DNA of 64,000 nt from Raillietiella orientalis. Lineage: Eukaryota. Positions 25,501 to 36,129 of the stretch are shown here, one piece after another. The notes beneath the pieces are model-generated. The model saw nothing but the letters and a program-made list of their open reading frames with translations, was not told the origin of the DNA and ran no database searches. How positions within the stretch are numbered: position 1 is the stretch's first letter; each line of letters opens with the position of its first letter. The position numbers were made by a program, and so were the translations under genes. The stretch is from contig JAYWIR010000019.1 in the NCBI GenBank assembly GCA_036172245.1, positions 248,001-312,000 on the forward strand, in the 5' to 3' direction.

Positions 25501-28500
25501 CCTTTTCCTCTGTTCCTGTCCTCAAGGATTTTTTCCTGCCTTCCCGGTTGACCTCGCTCGTCTCCCTTGCGACGCGTCACCAGCCTTCATGGAGACTCAC
25601 CAGCCGGCAGCAACAGCGACCCGGGTGTGGTCAGCCCTGGCGGTCCCCCAGCACCTCTCCCTTCCCTGGGACCGCCGCCTCGCGTAGCACTTCTGAGGCA
25701 AGCAGCGGCCCGAAGAGCGCGGAGCAAAGGGGACCGGGTGCTTCTTGCCCCTCGGCGCTGGAGGGCGCGCGTTTATCGAGATGGGGGGAGTGGAGCTCGA
25801 ACCGCGAGGAATGAGTCTTCTCACTCTCTTCCAGGTCGGCTGGGTCAACCTGACGAACCAGACTGTCCTGACGGTGGAGAAGAGGGTCATCACGGAGAAC
25901 TCCAGGGTGTCGCTGACCCACGATGAGCACGGGGTCTGGAGTCTGCACATAAAGAAGGTCAAGCAGACGGACCGAGGGTGCTACATGTGCCAGATCAACA
26001 CGAAACCCTTGACCCAGCGGGTCGGCTGCCTGGACGTGCAGAGTGAGTGCGAGCTTCGTCGAGCCTCTGGGGAAACGATGGGGGGAGGGGGGAGAGAGCG
26101 TGGAGGCGAGTCGTATTCCTTCTTCTCCAGGGTCATCTCCCTTGACTCACCCGCTTACCTCCGGCGAGGGTGGACGGGGGAGCTTCGGACACCGGCGAGC
26201 CCGGCGTTCCAACCCACCCGCGTCAGGGAAAGAGAGGAACACGGAAACCGACGGCCCCGAGGCATCCGCGCTCTGCAGAGGGATGGGACGGGCGTATTTT
26301 CTGCAACCGAAGCCCGGAGATATGATGCCAGCGGCAGGGAGAGCTGAACGCCCTGCTGGCGTCTCCCTTGCTGCCCATCTCGTGACGGAGCACGGGAGAG
26401 AGTCGCAGCTGCGGGTCCGAAAGGTGTGGGCGGGGAAGAGAGAGAAAAAGGGGAAGAGGAGGAATCGAGGCTGGGGAGGAAAAGGAGAAAAGAGAAAAGA
26501 AGGAAGGAAGGAGGAAAGAAGGTGGAGGAGGAGGAGGGAAGAATAGAAACGAAAGGGAAGGAAGGATGAGGAATGAGAGAGGCTGAGTAGAAAGGGAGGT
26601 GGAGGAGAAAGACGAAGAAGACGGAAGAAAAGGAGGAAGGGAGGAGGAGAAACGAAGGGGAGAGGAGAAAGGAAAGACGAACAGGAAGGAAGCCAGGGAA
26701 GTAGAAAGAATGGAGGATGGAGAGGGAAGAATAGAGGCGAAAGGGAGGAATGAGGGAGGCTAAGTGAGAAGGGGCGACTAAGAGGATGAAGACTAAGAAG
26801 GGAGGAGTGAGAGGGAAGAAAGGGAGGAAGGAATAAGGAAGAGGAAGGGGGAGTAGGGGGAAGAGCAGGAGGAAAAGGGAAGAGGAGAAGGAGGGAAGGA
26901 GGAGGAGGATGAAGAGAGGAGGAAGACAAAGAAGGGAAGAGGGAGCATGACAAAGGACGAACAAAGGAGGAGGTAGGAAGGAAAGGAAAAGGAGGAGGGG
27001 GGAAAGAAGATTGGAAGAGGAGGAGGAAGAAAGAAAGAAGAGAGAAAAAAGAGGAGGAGCAGGTTCCCGGCGCAGCTCCCGGACTGTTCCATATGCGCAA
27101 CGTAGGCAGCGAGGCAGCAAATCCGGGGGCAGCGGGAACTTCGGGGTGGAGCACGTCTCCCGAGCGTTGCTCGTTTGCTCTCCCGGAGGGAAGAGCACGC
27201 CATTGTACCGCGGATGGGACACGAGGCCGTGTCCGGAGAAACTGCAGTCTCGAGCGGTCGTTTCCTGCGCCTCTTCCCGGAGACCTAGCGTTCCCCCGGG
27301 AAGGGAAGCGCGTGAGTTATGGTACGCGCCCGCCGTCTCCCTGTTTCTGATGACCAGCCACGGCGGTAGCGGGGGGAGTTCCCGGCCCGTGAGGATGGGA
27401 GGAGTTTTCCTTCGCCCATTATTTCTCTTCATCCCATCTGTTTCTGAGCTCGAATCGCTGGCTCTTCCCACAGGAGGCTTCAGGACGTCCAGGGTGCTTC
27501 CCGTCCTGCTGCTTCGTTCGAGGACGAGGAGGCTACGTGGGGATGGGGGAAGACGACCGTGTTTCTGCAAACAGGCGCAGGAAGAGGAGACTGGTCCAGA
27601 TGGTGTAACAGTGAACCTGGACAGCCGCGGACTGTGGCCTCGACTCTCGCCCGTCCCGGCGCTAAGCCTAGGCCGCTTGACGTTCACTCGAGTGACCTCA
27701 CGCTCCTTCCATCCACCCCTCCCGTGAATCCATCGCTCCCAACGTGTCAAAGAGACCTTGGAGCCATTGGGAAGAGGCGGTCAAGGTGTGGAACTACCTC
27801 CTCTCAAGCTGCCGACCCTGGGGACCACCCATCGAAACGTCCTGAAGGTTTGCGCATTCCTCTCCCTCCTCCCCTCCCAGCCCAGCGCGATTCTCACTGA
27901 TCGCATTCATTCATACCCTCGGGATTAGTCGATCCTCAAAATCCATTACGCCGGACCGTTAATGATTCCGGGAGCAATCCGTCCGTTCGGCCCAGTTGCT
28001 GGTTTCGGAGAGAGCGAAAAGAGCAGGGAATTTGTCCTTTTTTTCCTCCTCCTCCCTTTCTTCTCATTTTTTCCTCGTCTCCCTTAACTCTCATGCTCTT
28101 TTCCCTCTTCCTCTCTTCCTCCTCTTCTTCCCTTTCGCCTCCTCCTTCTCATCTTCTTCCTCTCTTCCTCCTGCTCCTCGCTTGCTGCGTTCCACCCTCG
28201 GCGAGGTGCTTCAGTCGGGGTTCCTCTCCTTCCGCTGGCCTCCCAGTTCCTCTGTCGCCCCCCCTCTCCTCCCGCGGCCGCGGGAGTAGTGGCGGTTTGC
28301 AGTTCCGTTTTCGTGAGGAACGCGGGGTCAGCAGGAGCTGCCGCCCGCCTAGCGAAGGACGAGGGTGCGAGAGCGCTTCCTGGAGCCCAGGGTACAGGAG
28401 ACTTTCAGATCTCCTCCCTTCCTCCTCCTCCGGAAGGGGGCAAGTGAGGTTCCCCTACCCTGCTGCTGCGCCGCCCGCGCGGACGCCTTACGGCCTTCCT

Positions 28501-31023
28501 GCCCTCGGAGAGGCAGTGCAGCCTCTCCCTGGTTCCGATTAGCAGATACGAGGAGAAGGAATCCCGCTTGCACGCAAAATCCTCCCCCTCGCCCTTCCCT
28601 ACTCGGATAAAAAAGGGATGCGCCGACGTGGTGCGGGATGCCGTAGCACGGAACGCAGCGGGGGTCCTACCTCACAAGCGATCCGGGAAGAGAGGGAGAG
28701 CGCCCAGGCACGATGGAGGAACTGGTCCCCGTGGAACAAAGAGATGGTCGGCAGAGGCGTCCTGGTCGCCATCCCGGCCACATGTTGGCGAGTCACCGTT
28801 GCTGTCAAGCGAGTCCCGCGCGGCCCACCCTGCCTGTCACCGGAACAGGACAGGGACTTGCGCTCGCCCTCCCGTCCAGACGGGAGAGCAAGGAAGACGA
28901 GCCTCGACCGGTTTCCTGGCTGTCTCCAGACCTTCGCCCCATCCGCTCCTTGGGCACAGAAGTCCCCAGCAGACCAACATCCAGGCGCTCGTCCTCGGTC
29001 GACTCACAAGGCACCCTTCCTCCTCTCGTCCTCGTTGACTCACGACTGTTCAGAGACTGCCCCCCTCTCATCCTTGTCGATCCAAGAGATGCTTCCCCGT
29101 CACCGTCACTGCATGACGATGATGAGGAAGCATCTCATGGGTCATCATCGGTGAGCTCGCGCCAGGAGCATGGTGGTTGGCACGGGGCACAGCACGTGGA
29201 CAGGCTGGTTGGCCGAGGACGGTTTGTTGCGGCTCTTCTTCAGAGGAACGTCGGTGCGAATAGGGGACTGCACGCGCGAGGTCCACGTTGGTAGTCATCT
29301 TGGGATGATGAGAGGGTTTCTTGCAACACGCAAATCGAAAGTTCGGTCAAGGAAGAGCTGCAGGGAGCGTAGCATTGTGGAGCGCGCCTGCCGACGTGGC
29401 ACCTGTGGTGCTGCTGGCCGTGGTTCACGCGACTCTGGTCGAACGCCGAGTCTTGGGCTTGTCCGCATGGTGGATGGAACCGAGTTGGATATGGAGGCCG
29501 CCGCCTGCCCGAGGGACGATGGCTCGACGAGTGGACTGCGAGCGCGAGAGCGGCAAGGGAAGGAGAAGGCGGATGCCGGCTCGGTCCCATTCAGGATGCT
29601 GCGAGAGGCGGCGCGGCTGCTCCTCGGCGCGGTTTTCCGCGCCCGTCTGAGCAGCGCAGGCGTCCCTCTCGCGGCTCCTGGCCATCGCGCGAGGGAGCCA
29701 AAAGCAGCGACCCCCTTGCGCCCCTTCGCCTCGGGACGCAGCGCCGGGAGAGCCTTCGGTTTCCACCGGCAAACCCTGACGCTGGGGTCCGTCGGGATGC
29801 CGGATCGGAACACCCTCTCCCGCGCTGTCTCCACTGGTCCTTTGTTCCGAGCACGCAATATAGGATCTCTTTGCAGTTCCTCCCAGCATCCTGGACAACG
29901 AGACGACGACCGACGTCGCGATCCAGGAAGGCAGCGACGTCACCCTGCACTGCAGCGTTCGGGGTTACCCTCAGCCTCGGGTCACGTGGAGGAAGGAAGG
30001 TCACCCCGACGTCGTCATGTACATCCTGAGGAGGAAAATCGAACGTGAGAGGGCGTGATCGACCTTCCCCATCGGCGCTCTGACGGGGCGCTATCGCCTT
30101 CTTTCCAGTCAGCAGCTGGCATGGCGAAGACCTTCCCCTAACGTCGGTGACCCGCCATCAGATCGGTTCCTACATGTGCATAGCGAGCAATGACGTCCCT
30201 CCGGCGGTGACCAAGCGCATGAAGCTGGACGTGTACTGTAAGTCCCTCCCCCCTTCCTCCCTACCAGCCGCCTCCGCACCCCCGGGGTGCAGTCGCTCCA
30301 CAGGTCACCATCTCGTACGCCCTGCGAGCTCAGGAAAACAGGATAACCCTCAACTGCTTGGTGCAGGCTCACCCGCCCCCCCGGGTGCACTGGACCTTCG
30401 TCAACCCAGACGGGATTCCGTTCCCCCTCGTCCTAAACAGGTAAGTGTGTTCCCCGCGTCCGCGCCCGGGGATCTCGCGGGGGAGGGAAAGGAAGACGCC
30501 TCCTCGCCCTCCGCTCCGCCTCCTCTCCAGTTCTTCCTGGACCATCCTGGAATCCAGGTACTCCTTCTACACCAACGTAAGTCTCCACGTGAACGCCTCC
30601 GCGACGTACCAGCACGGGACATACACCTGCGTCGCCATGAACCTCATCAGCCAGGCCGAGGACAAGGTCCAGCTATCGGGTAAGGCCTGGGAGGAGGAAA
30701 GGGAGTCGTCAGCGACGGTCCGACTCCTCCCGAGTGGAGAGGGAGGGGGAAGAATCCCGGATGTTGCAGAGATCCTGGCGCCTCTGAGCTCTCTACCGTC
30801 AAGAAGGCCTCCCGGAAGGGGGCGCCCCGCGCAGACCACCTTCTTTCCGGCGGACGTGACCTCCGAAGATCCGGAGGAGGCCGACTTCAGAGTCTACCTA
30901 TTCAGCAGAGCCACGCTCGGCAGCTCCAAGGGGCAAGAGCTGAGGGACGATTCGCGCTCGCAAGTGAAGAGGTCCGACGCGGGAAGCCTGCTGGCGTGTC
31001 TGATGCTGGTGGCGTTGTCTTGA
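7466..31023 (+). CDS. Dpr-interacting protein (DIP-gamma-like) / lachesin-like 3-Ig cell-adhesion protein, 8 coding exons: join(7466..7556,20711..20814,25835..26042,29877..30044,30109..30237,30293..30440,30531..30679,30770..31023), 416 aa
   Basis: Hand-spliced exons are all GT-AG with compatible phases (1,0,1,1,1,2,1) and total 1251 nt with no internal stop. Signal peptide; Ig1 (PNVTV..RDAVLPC..KVGW..QTVLT..RVITEN.R..WSLHI..DRGCYMCQINT.P..VGCLDV); Ig2 (PPSI..DVAIQEGSDVTLHC..GYPQPRVTWRKE..GSYMCIASNDVPPAVTKR); Ig3 (FAPQV..ITLNCLVQAHP..VHW..GTYTCVAMN); hydrophobic C-terminus. Motifs match my recollection of DIP-gamma/lachesin; orthology not tested. Confidence 0.92.
10467..10822 (+). repeat. Highly degenerate (TTAGG)n-like tract
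   Basis: gtagg/ttagg/tagggt units. Confidence 0.7.
11150..12560 (-). mobile_element. Decayed LINE ORF2 relic (endonuclease and RT) in DIP intron 1
   Basis: SILVASFFCP (APE ..IASIYCP), FKKLRASSKKSDAISW (KKLK..KAPG.DGI), EPWKC (P..WK.A), HVSKSMSSV (DVSKAFDSV), in order. Confidence 0.45.
13880..14690 (+). mobile_element. Same SINE family, copy A (in DIP intron 1)
   Basis: Degenerate head ggcgtggcgcccaggcgctgagcgctcgaatcccc; body ggaagcgttccttcagggttctcttcagaggag...ggagacaaccaggg aligns with 52496-52620. Confidence 0.72.
14900..15300 (-). mobile_element. Possible gag-like LINE ORF1 relic
   Basis: Cys/His remnants (RCA..SHCPGKH..GSCKF); same strand as, and upstream of, the 11.1-12.6 kb ORF2 relic. 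Confidence 0.3.
17260..17420 (+). mobile_element. Degenerate tRNA-like SINE head fragment with two B-box-like units
   Basis: caggttcgaatctt and gggctcgaatcc; no acceptor stem, so not a functional tRNA. Confidence 0.4.
18590..19065 (+). repeat. Pyrimidine-rich cryptic satellite with recurrent TGTCC
   Basis: ttttcctgtcc/cttgtcc units repeated many times. Confidence 0.85.
20711..20814 (+). CDS. DIP-like gene exon 2 (N-terminal part of Ig1: ASERPQITESIPNVTVPLNRDAVLPCVVYSLGNHK)
   Basis: Long polypyrimidine tract then ccag acceptor; PNVTV...DAVLPC motif; donor AAG|gttgca is weak but sits just before the VGW that starts exon 3. Confidence 0.9.
23253..23565 (-). repeat. Degenerate (CCTAA)n tract (TTAGG on the minus strand)
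   Basis: aacctaacct/acctac units. Confidence 0.85.
23950..24850 (-). mobile_element. Decayed LINE RT fragment in DIP intron 2
   Basis: SQPLSF...SAKVFGK (YRPISL..SKVFEK) followed by GASLLNWCSILLT (G.LL.W..S.L). Confidence 0.5.
25835..26042 (+). CDS. DIP-like gene exon 3 (rest of Ig1: VGW...DRGCYMCQINT...VGCLDVQ)
   Basis: ctcttccag acceptor, gtgagt donor, V-set Ig D-x-G-x-Y-x-C motif. Confidence 0.96.
26440..27060 (+). repeat. About 620-bp polypurine (GA-rich) low-complexity tract
   Basis: Almost only G and A on the plus strand. Confidence 0.95.
29877..30044 (+). CDS. DIP-like gene exon 4 (first half of Ig2)
   Basis: ctctttgcag acceptor; IPPSILDNETTTDVAIQEGSDVTLHCSVRGYPQPRVTWRKE; gtgaga donor. 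Confidence 0.95.
30109..30237 (+). CDS. DIP-like gene exon 5 (second half of Ig2)
   Basis: 64-nt intron upstream ending ctttccag; LSSWHGEDLPLTSVTRHQIGSYMCIASNDVPPAVTKRMKLDVY; gtaagt donor. Confidence 0.95.
30293..30440 (+). CDS. DIP-like gene exon 6 (first half of Ig3)
   Basis: 55-nt intron ending gtgcag; FAPQVTISYALRAQENRITLNCLVQAHPPPRVHWTF; CAG|gtaagt donor, phase 2. Confidence 0.88.
30531..30679 (+). CDS. DIP-like gene exon 7 (second half of Ig3)
   Basis: cctctccag acceptor; SLHVNASATYQHGTYTCVAMNLISQAEDKVQLS; gtaagg donor. Confidence 0.88.
30770..31023 (+). CDS. DIP-like gene terminal exon 8 (stalk and putative GPI signal ...SDAGSLLACLMLVALS*)
   Basis: ttgcag acceptor with no pyrimidine tract; the preceding 90-nt intron is also an open frame; TGA at 31021-31023; AATAAA about 40 nt downstream. 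Confidence 0.72.
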
Positions 31024-31064
31024 CGACCGAGGCCCAATTCCGCCTCGTGCGTCGTGGATGGTGC

Positions 31065-31070
31065 AATAAA
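31065..31070 (+). terminator. Polyadenylation signal AATAAA of the DIP-like gene
   Basis: Canonical hexamer just after the stop codon, followed by T/C-rich sequence. Confidence 0.6.
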
Positions 31071-31917
31071 AAGATTTCTGGACCTTCTTATACGATAAAG
31101 TTCCTCTTTCCGCGGGTCCGTTCTTTTCTGGAAAACGCCCGCCCCTCGCTTCCCCCTCTGAAGAAAACCTATGAGGGACGCTTCCCAAAAGAAGGCAGAG
31201 CGCTTCTGGCGCTCTGGAGAGGCGACTCCCGAGGGGGGTATCGACCAGCTTCATGATATGTGAGCGGGATGGAGTTTTCAGCAGGCGTGGCCAGATGGCG
31301 CCGCGGGAGCACAGGGCCCCTAGGCGCGCTCAAAGGTCCCTCTTTGACGTGCTCCGCCCATTCCGGAAGCTTTCTCGGTGCTTCGCCTCATGCCGAGGCT
31401 CCGGGCATCGGAGAAGTCCACCGGAGACCCAGTGGGCAGCCGCGTACCCGTCTCCTCCTGCCGTGGTTCTTTCGAACAGCCTCTGCTGAATGCTCAACGA
31501 GTCAAAGGCGCCCACGATCTTCGCCCTGCCGCCTCGCTCCAGCCTCCGATCCGCCTCCGGCATGCGTTGGCGGGATGCCACCTGGTACCGGTGCCTCGGA
31601 GACAGCGGTCTTGATCAGGGGCACGTCTTCTCCCGTGATATCTCGGTTCCCTTGTCCGTGCAGTGGTTGAGGATGTGCTCCACCCACCTCTTGGACGATG
31701 GCCGCGGGACGAACTTCGCCTCCATTGATCCTTATCCCCCGGATCTTGTGCTCGTTCTTTTGTTGGTTCCGCGCGGTTCCTCTCATCGCGGAGCGTCGGA
31801 CGACGGGCTGGAGTTCAGGTCGTGCCGGGAGCACGGTCCACATGCGCATCGTGAGCAAGAAGATTAATTGCGACCCCGTGCACCTTCCCGAGCATAGTTG
31901 ACGCTTCAACTAAGCAG

Positions 31918-32180
31918 TTGTGCAGATTGTGTGCCTGACCTGGGCATCCGTACAGCTAGGGTGTCTGTCCCGTGTATCCGTGCACGTCTATGTGTGTATC
32001 CTTGCATCTGAGCAGCCTGTGTGCCTGTTTTGTGCACTCCTGAGATCTGTGCACCCTGTGGGCATCCGCACAGCCTGCGCTCCCGTCCTGTGTGCCCGTG
32101 CATGTCTGTATGTATGTCCTGTGCATTCTGTTTGTCTATGCTTATCTGGGTGCATCCGTGCAGACCTTTGTGTATGCTCT
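31918..32180 (+). repeat. Cryptic satellite built from TGTGCA/GCATCC motifs
   Basis: Recurrent tgtgca, gcatccg and tgtgcc. Confidence 0.75.
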
Positions 32181-32249
32181 TCAGCAGACAGTACGGAAGG
32201 ACCTGATGACCATCGGCTCAACTTGTGCTCATGGACTTCGCCCAGAAGC

Positions 32250-33000
32250 AACTGTTTGGGTGGGGTCCGTCATAAGTGCGCTGCGCGAAGCGCGAGCAAG
32301 TGGAGCATTTGAAGCCGAGACCGCTCATCTCTCCGAGCCACGACGAGGTGGGGCAATGCAGCACTGCCGGGCGCTGCTGCCAGCCTGCAACTGACCAGCC
32401 CCGCGTGGATTCCTCCGAGCGGACCCGAACGCCTCTAGGCAGCGTGGTAAGTAAACTCTGGGCTGAGCTGCCGCTCACGGAGGAGCACTTCAGAGGAGAG
32501 TTACGCCGAAGGCTCCCTTGTTCGTGCAGGGGCTGGGAATGTGCTCCATTCCCATGCTGTCCACCTCCTGCCCACGAAGTCAGCGGCACACCTTGGAGCG
32601 ATGCCCTCAAGAGAAGAAGGGTGGTGATGCCTCTCGTGAACAGACTCGTATTCGGAGCGCCCTCATCGTCGTCCGGAGGTCGGCTCAGCCGGTGAGCTTG
32701 ATACGCATCTCTACCACATCGGATGGCGGAGGCCACCACCATCAGCTCCCTCAGTTTCTCCGCACATCTCCTGGAGACGCCTAGCTGTCGTAGTACTCTC
32801 CAATTCTGGGGGATCCCCCCGAACCCGTAGCCCCAATTGTAAGGGCATGCTCATAGTCTTTATATTCTTCCAGGAAATGGGCCTTGCTATATTCTGGTAC
32901 TTTTCATCCTCCTCCCTTCTGGCAGCGTCGAGTGCGCTGCCAGAAGATGTAGTCCCAGCGGAGGAGAGCGCATCTGGGTATTTTGCGGTGTGCGACTTGC
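32250..33000 (-). mobile_element. Decayed LINE RT fragment
   Basis: RGVRVRSEESTRGWSVAGWQQRPAVL resembles R..VRV...S.....AGVPQGSVL. Confidence 0.45.
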
Positions 33001-36000
33001 CGAAATAGTAGCGACGGTCAAGGTTGGGATGCGGACGCCGCATCCAGACGAGGGGGGAGGGGCACACTTCATCAGTTGCGTTCCCGAGTAAGGCCGCCAT
33101 CCGTAGATCTGTATTGTCTGGTTGTCGGAGTGGATGTTTTTTTTTTTTAAACAGGCTGTTGTCGCGAGCAACCGCCTCTCTGAGACGAGCTCAGATTAGG
33201 AAGCCTTACTGCGCTTTTCGAGCACATTCGGTGACCCCCTCTCTACGTGAACGACTCGACGACCCCGTGGAGGCGAGCGCGAAGAGTTCCGTGGAGGCGG
33301 GGATGGCGCGCCCGGAAGTGTTGAGATGGCACGAAAGCGGGTGTCAAGGAAGGTGCACGGGGCAACGAGTGTTGCTGCTGATCCACCTCGCTCCTTTTGC
33401 CCAGTCGTGACGGCGCGAGCATCGGTTCGCACCTCGCGACCGGAAATGGATTTTTTGCACATCCGCAGGCGGCACCAGGAGACGAGCCGCTGACCAGGGG
33501 ACGCGCGCAATAAACGCATCCAGTAGAGCGAAATCATCGGTTGGTAGGAGCTCGAGTGCACTCGGCCGGCAGCCCCAGCGACGGGCGTTCCCTCCACCGA
33601 CTGTCACTCAAAGGGGGAAGAATTTTTTTCCGTTCGCTCTTTATTCTGGCTCACTGCTCCCGCCCGATGAGTTCTCTCTTCTTGCAGGCTTGCGCGCCGC
33701 AGTCGATGGCGGGGTAAAGGGTTTTTTCCTCCCACCGTCTGGAGAGCTGATTCTTTGATGCTACAGACGAGTACTTGTTTCCAGAGAGCTGCCTGGCGAT
33801 GCTGCCACTTCGAGACTTCCAAAGAAAAGAGTTGCTTTCGGTGGCAGGGTCTGCCTGGATCTTGTCTTCAGCGACCGCCCATGCTCTTGGAGGTCGTCGG
33901 GGAGGGCCACGTTGAGGATGCCTCAGCATCCGGTGCTCCCGTTTCTCAGGAGGGTGGGCGCTTCCCTCGTCCTGAGCGTTCCTCTCTGCGGGTGTTCGAG
34001 GTGCGTGCGCTCTGGCCACCTTCCGAGAGGGAAAGAATTCGCGAGCGGCAGCTCGCGCGTTGAAGGTGATCGATGCACTCCGTAGCGGCGGCTCTCCTTC
34101 CTCGACCCGCGGGTCGTCTCGTTCAGGAGCAGTGCGTCGCTCCTCCGCCGGAGGCGCGAAAGAGAGAAGAACAGCGCGATGGAATCGTTGGGTTCACACC
34201 CGGGGTCGCGCGCGCGTCGCGAGGTGCGTCCTGGCGGTTTCGTTCTCCTGAAAGCACGTGGGCCACGCTGGACACCACGCGACAAAGCGGAAATAGCAAT
34301 GCGCCCGCGAGACGGGAAGTATCCTGCGGGGAAAAAGAAGCAGCTGGGATGCTGGACAGCGCGTCAGCTGGCTGACGCATGCACTCCCGCCACCTTCCCC
34401 AAAGGATCTCTGGATGGAACTCCTGGACGTTATTCCTGGAGAGGCAGAGACACCCAAGTGTTTGTGAACAGCTCCCTGAAGTGGCGCAGGACTCGGCATT
34501 GCAGTTGTTGCACTGAGTGATCCCATGCGACGCGCGAGTCTACTACTGGACGAGGGAGGGTGCGGCCCCTGACTGTACCAGGTTCTGGGAACGAGCGGAA
34601 AGACTTCATGCACCTGTTGTTGGGTTGTGTTGCCCTCCTGAGTGTCCGGGAACGCTTCTCTGCGGCCCTCCCACTCCAATGGGCCACGGCAGAGAAGAGG
34701 TTTTGGGGCGCCCCTTCGCGCACGACTCGACGTCGTCTGCAACTCCCTCGCAGCTCCGTGCTGCCTTTGTGATGTCGTGGCAGAGAGAAACCTTGCCGAA
34801 AGCGGCCGGTCGAACGATGAGGGGTCAGCGCAATCGTCCGCTCTTTCACGAGGAAGGCGGGAAGATGGCAACTTTCTCCTTCTGTTGGCAGGGATGCAGC
34901 CAACATCCTCCAGAGGATGCTGAGAACTCCAGGAAGAAATCCGTGATTTATTCCTTCCTCTCCCCCCTCTCCCAACATTTATTTAAACTCAACTTCTAGG
35001 AGAACTTTTAAACTTTATTTTTGTTTGCCTGTTCCCTCACTCCTCCTGTGCGGACCTCGTCGGAGGAGCTGCTCCCGAGAATCAGCAGCGTCTCCGATCT
35101 TCCTTCGCAGTGCTGTTCCTGTAAAACCACTACTAAGAGCAAAGACATTTTTGTATTTTATAGGACTGCTTTTTTTTTTTTTTGCAAGCATTTTTTTCTC
35201 ACAGTAAACGTCCCAGGTGTGACCGGGTGAAAATAAAGCACACGGGCAGCAACGCGCAGCTGAGAGAGAAGGGGCTGAAAGGGAAGCAGCTGGAATCCAA
35301 CACGCAGGACGACCGCTCGCGTGCCACGCAGTCGATTTCCCTGCTTTCTGATCACCTTTCTGGCACCTTCCGGCACGCTGCAAGCCCAGATCGAGTCGGA
35401 ATGCCACGCGATGCTGACCCGAGGCCCCCACTCTCCGATGGGCAACGTCCAGCAAGCACATAATCCTGCCGGAAAGAGTGCGCCGAGGGGTGCACCACGT
35501 GTGGGCCGCGATCAGAACTCAAGAATCCCATTTCCCTGAGCAGACCTCGAAACTCATTCCTTATCCTCCCCCTCCCCTCCCTTCCTCAGGCGTTTTTCGA
35601 AGCGATGCAGGACGAGCTCCAAGAGTCAGAGGGAGAAACGTCCATTCTCTGAGGTCATTCCCTCATTCTTCGTCTCACGCGCGCGACCATATCGATGCGC
35701 CGGTCTTCTTGCTTCGCCGCCTCTGGTTCCAGCAGGGAGGTGGCATGGGCGCTGCAACTGCGCGGGGCAGCGCACCGCTGAGAACTCCACGGGGCACACG
35801 TGACCATGGGGGGAGTACCCCTGAAGTGCAGCAGGAGGCGCGTCCACATCCCGCTAGTATGTGCGGAAAAGGTTCGATCTCCCTGCAGCCGACGCACTGG
35901 ACCGAGGACAGCCGGACGTCTGAGAAAACGTCTCACCGTCCAGTGGTGGCAGAGGGAGGCACAATATTCTGGCCGAAGGCACGCAGCATTGAGTCCTACA

Positions 36001-36129
36001 AGGAGACTGTAGGTCTCACATCCCACAAGCTCCTTGTCGGATGTAATACCTGGATCCTGGTCACCGTCAATCCTTAGACGCCGCACTGCCCTCGCCTTCA
36101 TTTGAAAGTTTCGTTTTCTCCCCGGATCG

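Noticed and set aside
26155..27750. 531-aa minus-strand ORF (also 26147..27154)
   Set aside because: Produced by the pyrimidine strand of the GA tract (F/L/S/P low complexity); intronic, antisense, no domain.
30261..30267. Alternative acceptor ctaccag for exon 6
   Set aside because: Would give a 30-nt intron and a frameshift; 30292 restores the conserved F-x-P start of Ig3.
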